A stretch of DNA of 64,000 nt from assembly GCF_001194135.2 (NCBI RefSeq), contig NC_068984.1, positions 64,823,013-64,887,012 on the forward strand, read 5' to 3'. The DNA comes from Octopus bimaculoides. Its lineage: Eukaryota. The position numbers and the translations under genes were made by a program. Shown here one piece after another: positions 1 to 13,358 of this stretch; position 1 is the stretch's first letter; each line of letters opens with the position of its first letter. The notes below the pieces were generated by a model. It ran no database searches. It had not been told where the DNA came from and was given only the letters and a program-made list of their open reading frames with translations.

Positions 1-338
1 TATACTTACATTGTGATTTCTGCAATGTGGTGCATAAATTGTCAAGTAAATGAGACGCATCTTTGCCTCCACTGATTCACTTGCAAAGTGTTGAGTAAAA
101 TTATTTCGTTGCAGACCTCCTTTCAGTCTTTTTATTATCACTGCGACACACATAGTACCCAGTTGGTAACATTGATTTCAAGGCCTTCCCAGATGAGAGA
201 TTGGCATTCCACTTAATGTCTATGTTCCATGCTGGCATGGATTGGAGAGTTATTAATGTAGAAATATGGTATCGTAGCCACTAACAGTTGAGGGTTGCGT
301 AGTCTAGACGGCGTTTTTAGATTTCATTATTCTCTTTA

Positions 339-367
339 ACCCGGGCAAAGCCGGGTATTTCTGTTAG
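339..367 (+). mobile_element. Helitron-like 3' terminus (subterminal hairpin plus CTAG-like end)
   Basis: ACCCGG-gcaaag-CCGGGT hairpin at 339-356, followed 7 nt later by TTAG|T (CTAG consensus with one change). This is the canonical Helitron 3' layout. No 5' end or RepHel coding sequence was recognised. Confidence 0.55.
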
Positions 368-375
368 TATTATAT

Positions 376-806
376 ATAAATACCTAAAATCATTCAAAGA
401 ATAAACATGACATGAGAAATAAAAATATATATAAAGAGACAAAACCTGTAAAGTAATCCCTACATTAACGGTTTAATATAATTATTAAGAGTTACAATCT
501 AAAATTATTGACTACAGTAACTCGCCGGCAGATAAGTCATGTCTTCTAATTTTAATTTTCTAAACAATATAGACATACGTCTTTTATTAACTTTAAACAC
601 TAACACATTTTTTTACTATTATTTATTACTTCCATAATGATTTAACCTTGTTCACTATAATACTCTTTTTCAATATTTTTAGATTGTAACTCTTAATAAT
701 TATATTAATACAGTCAACGCAGGGATTAGTTTACAGGTATTGTCTCTTTATATATATTTTTATTTCTTATGTTTATGTTTATTCCTTGAACGATTTTAGG
801 TATTTA
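376..806. mobile_element. MITE/foldback-type element with ~135-bp inverted repeats
   Basis: 376-510 (aaatacctaaaatcattcaaagaataaac...agagttacaatctaaaattattg) is the reverse complement, with scattered mismatches, of 671-806 (caatatttttagattgtaactct...gattttaggtattt). Confidence 0.8.
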
Positions 807-1299
807 TTTTAGGAATTTGACCTGAAGAGTGACTGATTTGGAGAGTAAAATTATTTCCCCATTCTAATGAACTTGGATAGAATTTGCTTATGATTTTAAA
901 TAGTCCTATTTCAGCCATGAAATGCACGTAGTCTATGTACTAGCACTGACTTGTATACATTTATAATTTCACACATTATATTATTGTATTAATTTTTACT
1001 GTCCTATTTATAATTTATTTGATTTTTAAATTAATATTTTTATGATGAAGGTTTCTTTATATGATATATTATATATTATTAAAAATTATTAAAATTTTAG
1101 ATTAAAATCTTAGATAAATATTGATATGGTATATACCGCACAGTATGGTTTTGGATGGGTTCTTAGTTGACTGAGTTGTAGAGAGGTGGTTCGTCTCTAA
1201 ATTAGTTATATGCATATATATTATATATTACGAAACCCGGTGTAATATTATACCGATTTTTCCCTGTAATGTTGGAATAATATTTTATTCCCTAATATT

Positions 1300-1649
1300 N
1301 NNNNNNNNNNNNNNNNNNNNNNNNNNNNNNNNNNNNNNNNNNNNNNNNNNNNNNNNNNNNNNNNNNNNNNNNNNNNNNNNNNNNNNNNNNNNNNNNNNNN
1401 NNNNNNNNNNNNNNNNNNNNNNNNNNNNNNNNNNNNNNNNNNNNNNNNNNNNNNNNNNNNNNNNNNNNNNNNNNNNNNNNNNNNNNNNNNNNNNNNNNNN
1501 NNNNNNNNNNNNNNNNNNNNNNNNNNNNNNNNNNNNNNNNNNNNNNNNNNNNNNNNNNNNNNNNNNNNNNNNNNNNNNNNNNNNNNNNNNNNNNNNNNNN
1601 NNNNNNNNNNNNNNNNNNNNNNNNNNNNNNNNNNNNNNNNNNNNNNNNN
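1300..1649. other. Assembly gap (N-run). Other gaps at about 3161-3308, 12829-12868, 17755-17764, 28007-28159, 46761-47288, 47770-47779, 48586-48594, 52059-52967, 53581-53798, 56899-56997
   Basis: Runs of N, mostly flanked by (AT)n or (GA)n microsatellites. Confidence 0.99.
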
Positions 1650-1704
<55 letters not shown>

Positions 1705-1761
1705 CATATATTTATATGTATATATATACATATATAGGCAAAATAAATAGATATATATAAC

Positions 1762-2346
1762 AATTATATATAACAACAGCGCTATGTGAAGCACCAGCTT
1801 CGCAAAAAGTAGGAGTCAAAAATTACTCCAAAGCCACAAAAATTAACACTAGATTTTTACAGGTATGATCGGCAAAAAACTAAGTGAATGAGGATTGCAT
1901 CTTACCTCTGCAAAATTGCAAGAAGGAATGCCAGTTAATCTGGTATCATGATTTCAAATTTAGCGCCAAAAGCACTTGATTCTCTTCAGCTAAGTCTACT
2001 CATAGCAAACCTATATAGCCTTTTAGCCAATGCCTGTGTTCATTTCAGTGCTCAAGCTACATTGAGAAAATGAACTAAGTGAATAAATTTATAAATATAT
2101 AAAGAACATTGATACTCATGAGAGATGATAATGTTAGTGGTGGCAAGCTTAACATCGTGTACGTAAAATTAAGAATTATATATAACAAAGGCACTATGAA
2201 GCACCAGCTTTGCTAACAGTAGGAGTCAAAAATATCCTGAAGCATCAAAAATTAACACTGGATTTTTACAGGCATGGTCGGAAATTTTGCAGAGGTAAGA
2301 TGCAATTCTTATTCACTTAGTTTTTTTCCAACCATACCTGTGAAAA
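1762..2346. repeat. Composite direct plus inverted repeat (probable rearranged DNA-transposon remnant)
   Basis: 1762-1872 recurs directly at 2174-2281 (aattatatataacaa...gaagcaccagctt...aggagtcaaaaat...gatttttacagg). 1855-1917 recurs inverted at 2283-2346. Confidence 0.75.
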
Positions 2347-3314
2347 TTACGTGTGCATGTGCACAGATGTCTTTCTACAATAGTCTTCGACATTGTTACT
2401 GCCTATCAAATTCCACATGAGGTATTGCTCAGCCTGAGTCTATAGAAAATGATACTCACCCAAAGTGCCATACAGTGGGATCAAGCTGGGTACTTTGTGG
2501 TTTTAAAATGGAATTCTTACACCTAATATATATGTGTATGTTTATATGTGTATGTGGAAACATGCTCATACATGTATACACATATTACTGCACATGCAAA
2601 ATTTTTATTCTTCTCTTGTATAGAGTCAAGCATTTGTTTTTCATTTATTTTTGTTATTTTTCTCAAAGGCATATTTCTTGCTTAGGATTGATAATTAAGA
2701 GAGAATAAAATTGAACTTTGATACAAGGAAAGTCATTAGCTACCTCTGGCATTGCACCAGTATATCAAGGAATGACAATGACTGCTATTAATGTTTTTTC
2801 TCTCCCAGCTAACTTCATGCTTCTACACCAACAAAAGGATATCTATACTGTGAACAATCAAAATGCTATATTATATTAAGACAAACAATAAAAAACTAAA
2901 ATTAAATTTTACAGGAACATAGAAACTGAATATTGTGGATCCTATTAGTAAATTTAACCAAGCCTTTTATTAGAGAAATCAGATATATCTATTCAAAATT
3001 TCATTACCCTTATCTGCAGCAAGCAGTTTTATGTGCCAATCTAACTTTGTTGAGAGATGTCAAGTTTACTGAAGCAACACGACTTGCAGAAAATACTAAT
3101 TACATTCTTCACACACATATATACTCATATGTGTGTGCATGTATATATATATATATATATNNNNNNNNNNNNNNNNNNNNNNNNNNNNNNNNNNNNNNNN
3201 NNNNNNNNNNNNNNNNNNNNNNNNNNNNNNNNNNNNNNNNNNNNNNNNNNNNNNNNNNNNNNNNNNNNNNNNNNNNNNNNNNNNNNNNNNNNNNNNNNNN
3301 NNNNNNNNTATATA

Positions 3315-3400
3315 CACACTATGTTCTGAATAGTAGGAATGAACCTGAAACCATGTGGTTGTGGAGTGACCTTCTTGAACACATATCAATGCCTGTTAAC

Positions 3401-3461
<61 letters not shown>

Positions 3462-3596
3462 TTCGTTTGGATTTTATTTTATCTGCAAAATTTTAATCCT
3501 TGTTTTCAAATTCCAATGAACGTTATTGAAAATTCTCAGCTAAAATTAATGCTATGTATCAAAAGTTGAAGAAAATTCAATTATTGGCCTGAAATT
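3315..3596. repeat. Local duplication, copy 1 (SINE head + (ATT)n + MITE segment); copy 2 at 5258-5567
   Basis: Both copies share aggaatgaacctgaaaccatg...cctgttaacat-(ATT)n-tttggattttattttatctgcaaaattttaatcc...attattggcctgaaatt. Confidence 0.9.
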
Positions 3597-3656
3597 TTCA
3601 GAAGATATTTAACTCTGGAATAACCATGAAATTTAATTTCACATTTAAAGGGTTAA
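3492..3656. mobile_element. Degenerate piggyBac-type MITE
   Basis: Starts TTAA-tccttg and ends taaaggg-TTAA, resembling TTAA-CCC...GGG-TTAA piggyBac ends. Confidence 0.45.
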
Positions 3657-4197
3657 TCCAACCAAGCTGTCTATAATGAAATATATTTAAATGGCATTAA
3701 AATAAATAAATAGTAGATAAATTATACTGAATTTAATATCTAACCTCAGAAATATTTTCATATATGAAAATCAGTAAATATATTGAATGAAGTGAAATGT
3801 TGTAAAGATGGTAAGAGTACAAGATGAGGTTAATAAATCAATTCAGTATTTAAAAATTTAGTCATAAATTATCTTTGAATATTTAAATGTGGCCAACATT
3901 TTGTGTGGTGTGTATGTGTTTGTTGTTTTAAATTAATCAATTCACTTATTTACTCATAAACAGGAAAGTGATGACTATGCTGATGATAGTGATGTTGGTC
4001 TTTTTTTGTATGCTTATTTTTTTCAATAAAAGTTAAGAAATATAGATTAGGCCAAACGATAAGTTGAAGTGTTTAGGACTTTCTCCAAACACTGAACACA
4101 GAAAACCTTTCCAACAAGCCAATGAAAAAAAAAAAAAATTAGGAAACTGAATCTTCTGCCAAAACTGAAAAGTAGTAGTAGTAGTAATGTGTTGTTG

Positions 4198-4229
<32 letters not shown>

Positions 4230-4759
4230 ATTGATGATGATGGTGGTAGTGACAGTGACAGCAGTGGTGGTGGTGATGGTGCTAATGGTAGCATTTGTAG
4301 TAATGAGTAAAAAAAAACTATGAAAAACAGCAGTAAAAATAAGAATAATAAACAACTAAGCAAATAAACAGATTTTAAATAAAAAGACAGCAAAGAAACA
4401 AACAAAATAAGTGATAAAACAGTGTAGTATGTGATGATAGGATAAAATCAACTCCTGTTTTAAAATAATAGGAAATTATATAATTGCAGCGTTTTTTTTA
4501 TTCTTTCAAGTTTTTCTGATAAGCTGAGGATTATTCAAGAGAATCGACAAATGAAATCTAACAATGGTTTACTTAACCTTTCCTCCCCCACTCAGGGTAG
4601 GTGTGGAGGCCTTTATCATTGCAGCATGTCACTGCATCCATAAGTTTGTCTATATTTGCTCGGGTCATCTCAGGCAACCTTGTCAACAGTGTCCCACTCA
4701 GTTCCCATTTCTGTGAGATACTTCCTCTTCCACTGTGTTGTAAGCAAGTGTCACTGTCA

Positions 4760-4925
4760 TGCAAGAGCGGTGTTCTTCATTTCTAGTCTTCCATGGAAAA
4801 TGAATGACCAGGGGTAAGATTACCTGAGGAAGGGCATCTGAATGCAGAAGATCTACCTCAACAGATTCTATCTAACTTATGCAATCACGGACAAGTGGAC
4901 ATTAAATGATAATGATGATGATATA
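4760..4925 (+). mobile_element. SINE family 3, 3' part with (GAT)n tail
   Basis: gaagggcatc...gcaatcacggacaagtggacattaaatgataatgatgatgat; same family as the 34590, 50294 and 51456 copies. Confidence 0.65.
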
Positions 4926-5349
4926 AATGATGTCATTCCATACACATACCATTTGCTAATACCACTTACAAAAGATTAGTCAGTTCATGGTTATAATAAA
5001 TGCAGTGGCCAATGTGTTTGAGAATGCAGTGGCCAATGTGTTTGAGAATGCTGCATGCTTACAGTTTAATGGCATGAATGATACATAAAAACAACAGTTT
5101 AATTCATTTCCAGCAGTTAAATCACAAACATTGTTCTAACTGAATTTTTGCCCTGTCCATTTAGCTACAAAATACATACATAGGTTTTCAGTGATGTCCT
5201 CTCAAATATAAACCAATTCTCGCCTTCTCTCACACTATCCTACACAAACACACACATACACTAGGTTCTGAACAATAGGAATGAACCTGAAACCATGAGA
5301 TTGTAGAGTGAGCTTCTTAAACACACATTAATTCCTGTTAACATGTATA

Positions 5350-5425
<76 letters not shown>

Positions 5426-6620
5426 TATTATTATCTTTTGGATTTTATTTTATCTGCAAAATTTTAATCCTTGTTTTCAAATTCCAAAGAACTTTATTGA
5501 AAATCCTCTGCTAAAATTAATGCTATGTATTAAAAGTTGAAGAAAATTCAATTATTGGCCTGAAATTATTTCAGAGGCAAAGAATGGGGAGAAAAGAACA
5601 AAAAAAAAATGTATAAAAATGAAAAAAAAGCAAGAGTAAAATGTGCATAGGAATCTAAGAAAACATTGCCTTTATAGGAATTAAAATTTGGATTACAGGC
5701 TATATCTCACAGCATGTACTCATAGATCTCTTTTAAGGGAAATAAGGGACTGTTTAAGAATATTAAAAACAAAACTTATAAATAGAAAATATTAAAAGAG
5801 AAAATGCAAAAACAAGTCAGGATTTTCAGAGTCCAGGGGAAAATATGTCAATGGTTGCTATAGAATTATAAAGAAGGGAAGAACAACCAAATTTTATGGC
5901 TTCAGCTATTTAGCATGAAACAAATTCAATAACTAAGCGGACTATGCTGCGTTTCTGTACTCTATAAATCAATTCCCCAATTGCTTGTGTATGTGTGTGA
6001 GTGTGTGTGTGTATTTTTACTTTGGTAAAACAGCTTTTGCAAAGCAGATTGAAATATGAGTTATGCAAAAAAAAAGAAAGAAAATTTTCATAAATGGTTA
6101 AAAAAAAGTAGTAGAAGTAAAAGAAAACAGAAAAAAAAAATACAGTGCTGTTATACTGTAGCATATTTTCTTTAATACATTATTTCTGATATATTTATTC
6201 ATTTATTTTCTAGTTTAGAATTTCATTAGATCTCCTTTGTCATGAAACAGTGAAACCTAGATTTCTATGAAATACTATTGTTATACTTGTGCATATGAGT
6301 GTGTTCACATGTGCTTGTGTGCATGTGTCAGTAAGAAGAAGTAGAGAAAAGTGGGGGTGACAGGGGGAAAATGTCATAGGAGCACTTTTACAGTGTGGAG
6401 ACATGATTCTATTGAGTATAGCCATTACAGTGAGATAAGACAGCTAAAGGGAACATTTCTGAACATGAAGGATAGTCAGTGCATGAAGAATATAAATTGG
6501 TATGAAAATAAACCACACTGAATAACAGTATTTTCTATTTCTTTTATTTCAATGGTAACTTATTCGATACACTGACTTATAGTGTTAGTTACTGGATTTT
6601 CTATAGACACTTACACTCAC

Positions 6621-6665
6621 AGTCTGCAGGCAAACTCAGGAGGAGACTGTATGATAAGGTTACAC
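6621..6665 (-). CDS. Candidate 45-nt internal exon, unknown gene (GVTLSYSLLLSLPAD or RCNLIIQSPPEFACRL depending on phase)
   Basis: Minus strand tttgttttattcgaaag|GTGTAACC...GCAGACT|gtgagtgtaagt. Frame-preserving length and tandem donors. The AG-free stretch before the acceptor is short. Confidence 0.3.
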
Positions 6666-8842
6666 CTTTCGAATAAAACAAACTTCCAAACAGCTTCTAT
6701 CTTCCTAAGTTGACCTATTTTGAATTATTCTACTTATTTATTTCTTTATTCTTATACATGAATACATATGTCTTTGGTTTACTAGGTGTTGATTTTTTTT
6801 TTAATGTCAAAATTTATGCTAGGTTTACAGTTTCAAATTTTGAGTGAATCATCTCAACTATTCATCTTTCTGAAATTGAAACAAATGTTGTATCACAACC
6901 ATGAGGCCAAACCCTGTCGCATAACCACACTCCACACTAGCCAAGAGAGGTGTGCTGAGTAAATGCTTGAAAACCAAACCATTTCTAATAGAATAAGGTT
7001 GCTGAGGTAGGATGAAGAGGACATGAAGATCAATTAATAACAAAGTAGCAGACCCAATGAAAATTCATAAACAGACACATACAATTCACAAGAAAATTTT
7101 AAACCAGTCTATAACATGGAAATGGTTATATATAAGTATATATATTGCGATTTTACTTTAATCTTTCAAACCTGTATAAGTAGGATGTTTTTTCATTGGA
7201 ACAATTAATTTTACAGGTATATATACCTTTCTTGTTGTTAACCACTAACTTGGAAGTAGGAAGTGGAATGTCTTTTACGCCAGTCAGCCAAACGAGTGAT
7301 CAGAGAATTAAAATTGAATTTTCCAATTAAAAACATATATAGTGCATACAAAATACATTTTTGAATTATCAGCCAGATAAACCTAATAATTCATTAGCAG
7401 TATTGCAACTCATTTGGTTACTTAATTTTGCTTGCATAAATTTTTATATCAAAATAAGAAATAATGAAAAGCACATAAGGAACAAACATATTAATTTAAT
7501 AAGAACCAGTATTGGCAAGCGGATTCGAAAGTTAATCATTTACAATTTATTTTGTATCACTAATTGAGACTCTTGACACTCTACAGACTTATATGCAATC
7601 ATGTATGTATGTATTTCTGCTCTTATATTTTTAATAGACCTAACAAGACTAATTAACATTCTAGTTGAGTATCTGTGAAACTAGAACCATAAACATAAAA
7701 TTATGTACAAATGCTTTTACAAAGTATAAAGGTGCAAAGTTTTATGATTTAAATTAGTTTGGTTGCTGAGATTTAAATTACTTGAATCCCATTGACAGTA
7801 GTCAATTAGGTTTCTAAATTTCTAACCAGCTGAAATAATCAACTTGGCTTAGCACAGCCTCACTTTGGCTCATCTGTGCTGGCTGTATCATTTATCATGA
7901 TGTTTTAGTAGTAGTTTTCCAATTACCTATATTATTTATCACGAATGAATTTGTAGTTGATAAATAAACATGAAATCTAATGATGTGATAAAAATGAATG
8001 AATATCAAATAAATTTTGTGACAATATGACTGGTAGTTGAAATGATAATGATAATACAAATGTTGGGGAATTACAAATCATAATAGCATTATAATAAAAT
8101 AATGTTTGATGGCAACAATTTCTTAAAGTAAAACAACAACAACCAAACACCATTCAGTAAATAGAAGAAAAATAAAATGAAAAGGAAAAAAAAAAAACAG
8201 CAACAAGAAAGAGTACAAAAACACACAAAAATTACAACAGCAACAATGATGATGAGTGAGAAGAAATGAAGAAAGAAAATGTTTGACAATTCAAAAGTGA
8301 TGTTGAAAATAGTGAAGTAATGCTGAGAGATCACTTCTTCAAGATTGGAGCGTGCAAGACTGATTGACAAAAACTGGATCTCAAGGAACAAGAGCCATAA
8401 CAAAAGCATCATCATTTCTAGATGATCAGTGTTTCAAAATAGATTTCATTGAGAAAGACTGAGTGAAATTTAAAACAAATAACAATAAATAAACCAAAGA
8501 AAACAAAAGTGAATACAACAGAAAATGAATATACAAAATATTATTGTATTCAGATTAATGTGATTATATGCAATAACTGTATATTGTTGAAGAGTGTGTG
8601 CGCACGTGTGTGTGCGTGTGTTAAATGAGTACAGTGTTTTTATTGTCTTTACCATATGAATCCAGATTCTTAAAAACTGGTTCAACTATGACAAATATTA
8701 GAATATATCTTTGAATGAATGCATTTTCTTACTTCCTGTTTTATTTTTATTAATATTTAACCTTTAAATTTAATCTTTAGTCATATACTTATCAGTTTGT
8801 TTCTTACACATTTCTTAGAATTCCATGAAAAACAAATAAAAA

Positions 8843-10137
8843 GGTTAATGCTTACAATATTACCCGGAAACGAAAAAAAAAAAAAAAATGCAACAGGTGT
8901 AAAAAAAATGTGTAGGAAACAAATATGAAGACGAAAATGTGTGGAAAGCAATGGGAATTGGGTGGTGGGGAGAGGACTTTGGAAAATTCACAAGATCCAA
9001 GTTTTTCTCTTATAACTTTTAGGAAAATGGGTTTTTTTAAATGAAATATTATATAAATACCTTTCAAATGGCATACATTACGGTAGTAAAGACATTTGTG
9101 GGTAAAATCTTTTCCGAAGGGGTGGGGAGAAGACTTCAGAAAATTCACAAGATCCAAGGATTTCGCCCATAACTTTGAGGAAAGTAAATATCTTTTAATG
9201 AAATTGTATATAAATACCTTTCAAATGACATACATTATGAATGCCTAATATGCCATAAACCCCTTATTTTTGTTCAGAAAAAAAAAGGGTGGGTGAACCC
9301 CCAAAAATGCGTTTTTGAAGGTGAGATGTGAAACTGCATTAACCCCTTTTCTTTACTCATATTTTAAGATAACATTTTTCAGAAATACGTTTTCTAGAGG
9401 GTGGATTATATTAGATTGAAAATTCAAACAAGTTTGAAAAGAATAATAAGTGAAAATGCCGAAGTTACAAAAATTAGTGGCAATGAAGTCTGGACCGGAG
9501 AGAGAAAGAGTGATACAAAATCCTTACAAAAACCATGTTAGTGTTTGTGTGAAACAAGTCAAAGTATAATTTTAAAACAAAATATCTTTTACATACCTCT
9601 TAAAAATCACTGGATATATTAATTCCCAGATTGCAGATTGTAGCATATTAGGTCACAGTAATTCATTTCATTGAAAAAAGAAAAACAGCCAATAATTCCT
9701 TCCCCCAACTTTTTCCAAACAAAAATAAGGGGTTTATGGCACATTAGGGATCCATAATGCATGCCGTTTGAAATATATATATATATACACAATTTCATTA
9801 AAAGATATCCATATTCCTTAAAGTTACGAGGGAAAAAATTGGATCTTGTGAATTTTCCGAAGTCCTCTCCCCACCCTTGCAGAAAAGATTTTACCCACTA
9901 ATTTTTTATAATCATAATCTATGCCATTTGAAAGGTGTTTATATAAAATTTCATTTAAAAAACCCATTTTCTTAAAAGTTATGAAGGATAAATTTGGATC
10001 TTGTGAATTTTCTGAAGTCCCCCTCCCCTGTCACTTCCTACACATTTTTATTTTCATATTCATTTCCTAAACAGTTTTTTTTACACCCGTTGCATTTTTT
10101 TTTATTTCGTTTCTGGGTAATATTGTAAACATTAACC
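8843..10137. mobile_element. Non-autonomous foldback DNA transposon with ~445-bp terminal inverted repeats
   Basis: Ends GGTTAATGCTTACAATATTACCCGGAAACGAAA and TTTCGTTTCTGGGTAATATTGTAAACATTAACC. Arms about 8843-9290 and 9700-10137. Each arm holds two ~150-bp subrepeats (ggagaggacttcggaaaattcacaagatccaa...). No coding sequence. Confidence 0.9.
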
Positions 10138-10452
10138 AATAAAAGAAATCAGTAATGGCGAAATAGATGATAGTTTTAATTTTCTGTCCAGTTGAAGATG
10201 TCTTTAAATATTCTTCCACAAGAACATTTTAGATAATTTCTTTGGTTTTGAATGTGATTTTCCTTTCGTTTTTATTTTATTTTATTTTATTTTTACGTCA
10301 AGGTAGGTATACAATAACAGAGAAGGTAATGTTGGTTAATTGCTAGTTTCTCTCCTTCCTGAGAGAATTGTTACTTCATATTAGATGTAAATAAGAATTT
10401 AACTGGAAGAAAGAAATATAATCTAATATTCTTTAACAGAAGTGATGGAACG

Positions 10453-10640
10453 ATGATGATCATGATGATGATCATGATGATGATGATAAGGATGATGATG
10501 ATGATGATGATTATAAGGAGGAGGATGACAAAGAGGAGAAGAAGAAGAAGAAGAAGAAGAAGAAGAAGAAGAAGAAAAAGAAGAAGAAGAAGAAGAAGAA
10601 GAAAAAGAAAAAAAGAAGAAGAAGGAGAAGAAGAATGTAA
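10453..10640 (+). repeat. Compound trinucleotide microsatellite (GAT)n-(GAG)-(GAA)n
   Basis: Directly visible. It generates the spurious poly-M/poly-R ORF. Confidence 0.95.
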
Positions 10641-11829
10641 AGGAAGATGAAATGAGATTTTTTTTTCATCATATGAATTAAAACACCTTCTACTTTTACT
10701 TCTAATTTCTAGGGTAATTTATGCAGAGATAAATTGATGCTTTTCTGCTAAAAATTTTGAACATTAATTTAAATGTGTCTTAATTGAAATAATTCAGTTT
10801 TAACTATTCAGCTTTTTATTTTTGTTCTTGTTATCTTTTGCTGTTTTAGATCCATACTTGCATGACTAGGAGGGTGTATTTGTAGGAGCAAATCTTTTAA
10901 CAGATGGCTGCCTGGTTTTTACAACTAAACACTTAACTGTGACATAAGGAGTGAAACTTCCTTTATATAAGTTAGGTAAACTGAATCAATCAGAGATATG
11001 TCCCTTCAACAAGAGATTAATACAAATTGCTCTCATAGTAAGATTTGACTTCACTCATACTCAAATGTCTTTCATTAGTTTTTGGCATTAGTTTGTAATA
11101 ACAGCAAATATATAAAAAATAATAAAACTTTTAAAAATGTAAAAATAAAAAAATTCTTCTTTCAATTCAGTATGAAATATTTTCAGTCTTATTTTTAAAA
11201 ATTTATTTATCTATTTTTTTTAGTAAAATTTTTTTCCTTGAAATCTTCTATACTTTGAAAGCTGAAAATGTTGTATCACTGTTATGTTAAAAGGAAATAA
11301 ACCATACTGCCACTCTGCCACAAATATGAAGTAACCCAATAAAGAGGAATATACCAGTAGACTGTAACACATATAAAGTACTTCAAAAATTACTTTATGT
11401 CAATTAATAGAGGCAATGATACAATAAAGAAACATCACCATGAGTGTATGGATGGGACTAAGATGGATTTTTGAGAATGACTCCTTGGAATGAACATGAG
11501 ATGTAGCTGATGGCTCATTAAAAACTTAAAATTCTTTCTTTCATCAACCAAGAAATTTAAATATGACAAATATTAAATATATATTTGAACTAGTTTACAT
11601 TTGTTAAATACATTTTTAATTGTAGCATATGTCTGATACTTAAATGAGATGAGTGGTCAACAGATATGGTTAAGTTTCTGCATAACATTTTAAAGGTATT
11701 TTATTTAAATTTTGATTTAATTTATGAATAAAAGACCCAAATCTTCAGAAATTTATGGTAAAATTTGAAGTAGAATAATTTTACTTCTTTATTATTTAAG
11801 AAAGTTATTCTGGAAAAATTCATTTCCCT

Positions 11830-12828
<999 letters not shown>

Positions 12829-13036
12829 NNNNNNNNNNNNNNNNNNNNNNNNNNNNNNNNNNNNNNNNCAGTAGAAATCATATTTCACAAAAAAATAAAT
12901 AAAAAAGACACAACTACATCATACAGTGTTCAAACTAAAGCAGTAAAATAAAAACAAATTAACAAAGTACATTCATTATAATAAAACCTGACTAAAAGAA
13001 AAATAAAGAAAAATATCTTTGACACACTAAATGAAA

Positions 13037-13084
<48 letters not shown>

Positions 13085-13292
13085 TAATATCTGGACAGCA
13101 GTAGCAGGCTACAACCAAGTGATAATAGGGGAGGTAGGTAGATATATATACACAGACAAAAATAAATAATAATCAAAATCAAAATAAAAAAAAAAAACAA
13201 ATGAATAAATGAATTAAACATGGGCAGTAACAGAGCACTAGTTAACTGGTGCTGTGACTGCTTGGCGTGCACCTGGAACAAAGCATATTTAC

Positions 13293-13358
13293 CTGCAGCG
13301 TTTACATCACGCATTTTAGTTTTTTCAATGACTGACTCTGCATTTGAATTTTTCATAC
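13293..13358 (-). CDS. Candidate 66-nt exon, (G)MKNSNAESVIEKTKMRDVNAA, unknown gene
   Basis: Minus strand ...ttccgccaacag|GTATGAAA...GCTGCAG|gtaaat. About 78 nt upstream of the acceptor contain no AG and include a CCTAAC branch-point motif. Only phase 1 is open and the length is frame-preserving. Confidence 0.55.

Noticed and set aside
10-140. Minus-strand donor GTAAGT at positions 9-4 with an open frame (IIKRLKGGLQRNNF...) that can chain to the 6.6- and 13.3-kb exons
   Set aside because: The acceptor is ambiguous (71 or 140), the peptide is unrecognisable, and the region borders transposon sequence.
6858-7043. ORF ...LLSTPLLASVECGYATGF..., faintly like a hAT dimerisation motif
   Set aside because: Similarity is too weak and no other transposase motif or TIR was found.
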